Shown here piece after piece: positions 1-201 of a stretch of DNA of 201 nt. A program made the position numbers and the translations under genes. Source of the DNA: Escherichia coli (GTDB taxonomy: Bacteria; Pseudomonadota; Gammaproteobacteria; Enterobacterales; Enterobacteriaceae); the NCBI RefSeq assembly GCF_003334385.1, contig NZ_QOWN01000233.1; one strand, written 5' to 3'. The notes under the pieces were generated by a model, which saw only the letters and a program-made list of their open reading frames with translations, was not told where the DNA came from and did not search any database. The first letter of the stretch is position 1. Each line of letters opens with the position of its first letter.

Positions 1-30
1 ACAGTCCGTCACCCCGTGCTCAAAGCGCCG
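1..30 (-). other. Probable N-terminal edge of the NlpC/P60 (C40) peptidase-like domain, with a candidate catalytic Cys encoded at window 1-3 (RRFEHGVTDC)
   Basis: Seen in sequence: minus-strand codons from 28-30 (CGG, Arg) down to 1-3 (TGT, Cys) encode RRFEHGVTDC. Established knowledge: NlpC/P60 enzymes use a Cys-His-His/Asp catalytic core with the Cys near the domain N-terminus, often preceded by Asp. Inference: the domain boundary and the catalytic role of this Cys cannot be confirmed because the rest of the domain, including the His, lies outside the window. Confidence 0.5.
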
Positions 31-201
31 TCCTGTCAGATGTGGCACACAGCGGAATTTGTGAATGTCACCCCGGCTGACCAGCCACCAGGGCAGTGCG
101 CTTTTTATCTGCAGCCGCCGGTCGGCCTCGCTCAGCCAGGGCAGACCACCGGGATGACTGTGGACCAGTGCCACAATCTCCCCCTGCATCTCTGCCCGCA
201 G
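1..201 (-). CDS. Internal fragment (5' and 3' ends both outside window) of a lambda gpK-like phage tail tip assembly protein K: JAB/MPN metallopeptidase-like domain followed by the start of an NlpC/P60 (C40) peptidase-like domain
   Basis: Seen in sequence: the minus-strand frame with codons 201-199, 198-196 and so on has no stop across all 67 codons. Third-codon-position GC is about 70% against about 63% overall, and CTG is the dominant Leu codon (7 times), as in enterobacterial coding sequence. The other two minus frames contain TGA stops. The translation carries the JAMM motif HSHPGGLPWLSEAD and ends in FEHGVTDC. Established knowledge: lambda K-family proteins combine an N-terminal JAB/MPN domain with a C-terminal NlpC/P60 domain. 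Inference: assignment to the K family is from motif and architecture recognition, not from a search. Confidence 0.85.
   Translation of the reverse strand, partial: MRAEMQGEIVALVHSHPGGLPWLSEADRRLQIKSALPWWLVSRGDIHKFRCVPHLTGRRFEHGVTDC
121..162 (-). other. JAMM/MPN+ zinc-coordinating motif H-x-H-x7-S-x2-D (His-Ser-His-Pro-Gly-Gly-Leu-Pro-Trp-Leu-Ser-Glu-Ala-Asp), apparently intact
   Basis: Seen in sequence: minus-strand codons CAC(160-162) AGT CAT(154-156) CCC GGT GGT CTG CCC TGG CTG AGC(130-132) GAG GCC GAC(121-123) give HSHPGGLPWLSEAD. The spacing matches the canonical JAMM signature exactly (two His, seven residues, Ser, two residues, Asp). The preceding residues IVALV (window 163-177) form the hydrophobic strand that usually leads into this motif in JAB domains. 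Confidence 0.8.

Noticed and set aside
8-75. Second exact 9-bp direct repeat GTCACCCCG at 8-16 and 67-75.
   Set aside because: The copies are 59 bp apart, not a multiple of 3, and fall in different codon phases of the coding frame. This is most likely chance recurrence in GC-rich sequence, with no spacer or array structure of the kind seen in CRISPR or iterons.
101-110. T-run (CTTTTTATCT) in otherwise GC-rich sequence, which could resemble the U-tract of an intrinsic terminator on the plus strand.
   Set aside because: There is no convincing GC-rich stem-loop immediately upstream; only a 4-bp GCGC palindrome and weak pairings whose loop would contain the T-run itself. The run lies in the middle of an uninterrupted coding frame, where it encodes Ile-Lys-Ser on the minus strand. 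Any terminator relevant to this gene would need a T-run on the minus strand, and there is none.
109-127. Small palindromic or near-palindromic elements: CTGCAG (109-114) and the imperfect inverted repeat GCCG...CGGC (114-126), which could be a protein-binding site or hairpin.
   Set aside because: They are too short and imperfect to distinguish from background in 63% GC coding DNA, and they sit inside the codons for the conserved JAMM motif region, so coding constraint explains them.
1-201. Plus-strand frame 1 is also completely open across all 67 codons (translation TVRHPVLKAPSCQMWHTAEFVNVTPADQPPGQCAFYLQPPVGLAQPGQTTGMTVDQCHNLPLHLCPQ), which could suggest an antisense or overlapping gene.
   Set aside because: This frame is the exact codon-aligned mirror of the real minus-strand frame. 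It acquires a stop only where the sense gene uses TTA, CTA or TCA, which are rare in GC-rich, CTG-preferring coding sequence, so an open shadow frame is expected. Its translation is Pro/Gln/Cys-rich with no recognisable motif, and no start-codon or ribosome-binding-site context is evident.
1-201. Possibility that the window encodes a novel or undescribed defence or other system.
   Set aside because: Everything in the window is accounted for by one fragment of a well-known phage tail assembly gene family (JAB plus NlpC/P60, lambda K-like). No unexplained ORF, repeat array or non-coding structure remains. Any novelty would have to come from flanking sequence not shown.

Overview
The whole 201-bp window (about 63% GC) is best explained as an internal fragment of a single protein-coding gene on the minus strand, with both gene ends outside the window. 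The minus-strand frame that pairs window 199-201 as its first codon is open throughout (67 codons, no stop) and translates to LRAEMQGEIVALVHSHPGGLPWLSEADRRLQIKSALPWWLVSRGDIHKFRCVPHLTGRRFEHGVTDC. It contains a textbook JAMM/MPN+ metal-binding motif, H-x-H-x7-S-x2-D (HSHPGGLPWLSEAD), preceded by a hydrophobic strand (IVALV) and followed about 40 residues later by a Cys in a GVTDC context. This architecture, a JAB/MPN domain followed by an NlpC/P60 (C40) peptidase domain, is characteristic of lambda gpK-like phage tail tip assembly protein K, so the window most likely lies in the tail module of a lambdoid phage or prophage, probably in an enterobacterial host. I see no RNA gene, CRISPR repeat, mobile-element terminus, promoter or terminator that I can support. 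I do not see evidence for a novel or undescribed system in this window; the content looks like a well-known phage tail gene. All calls rest on manual translation and motif recognition, without any database search.
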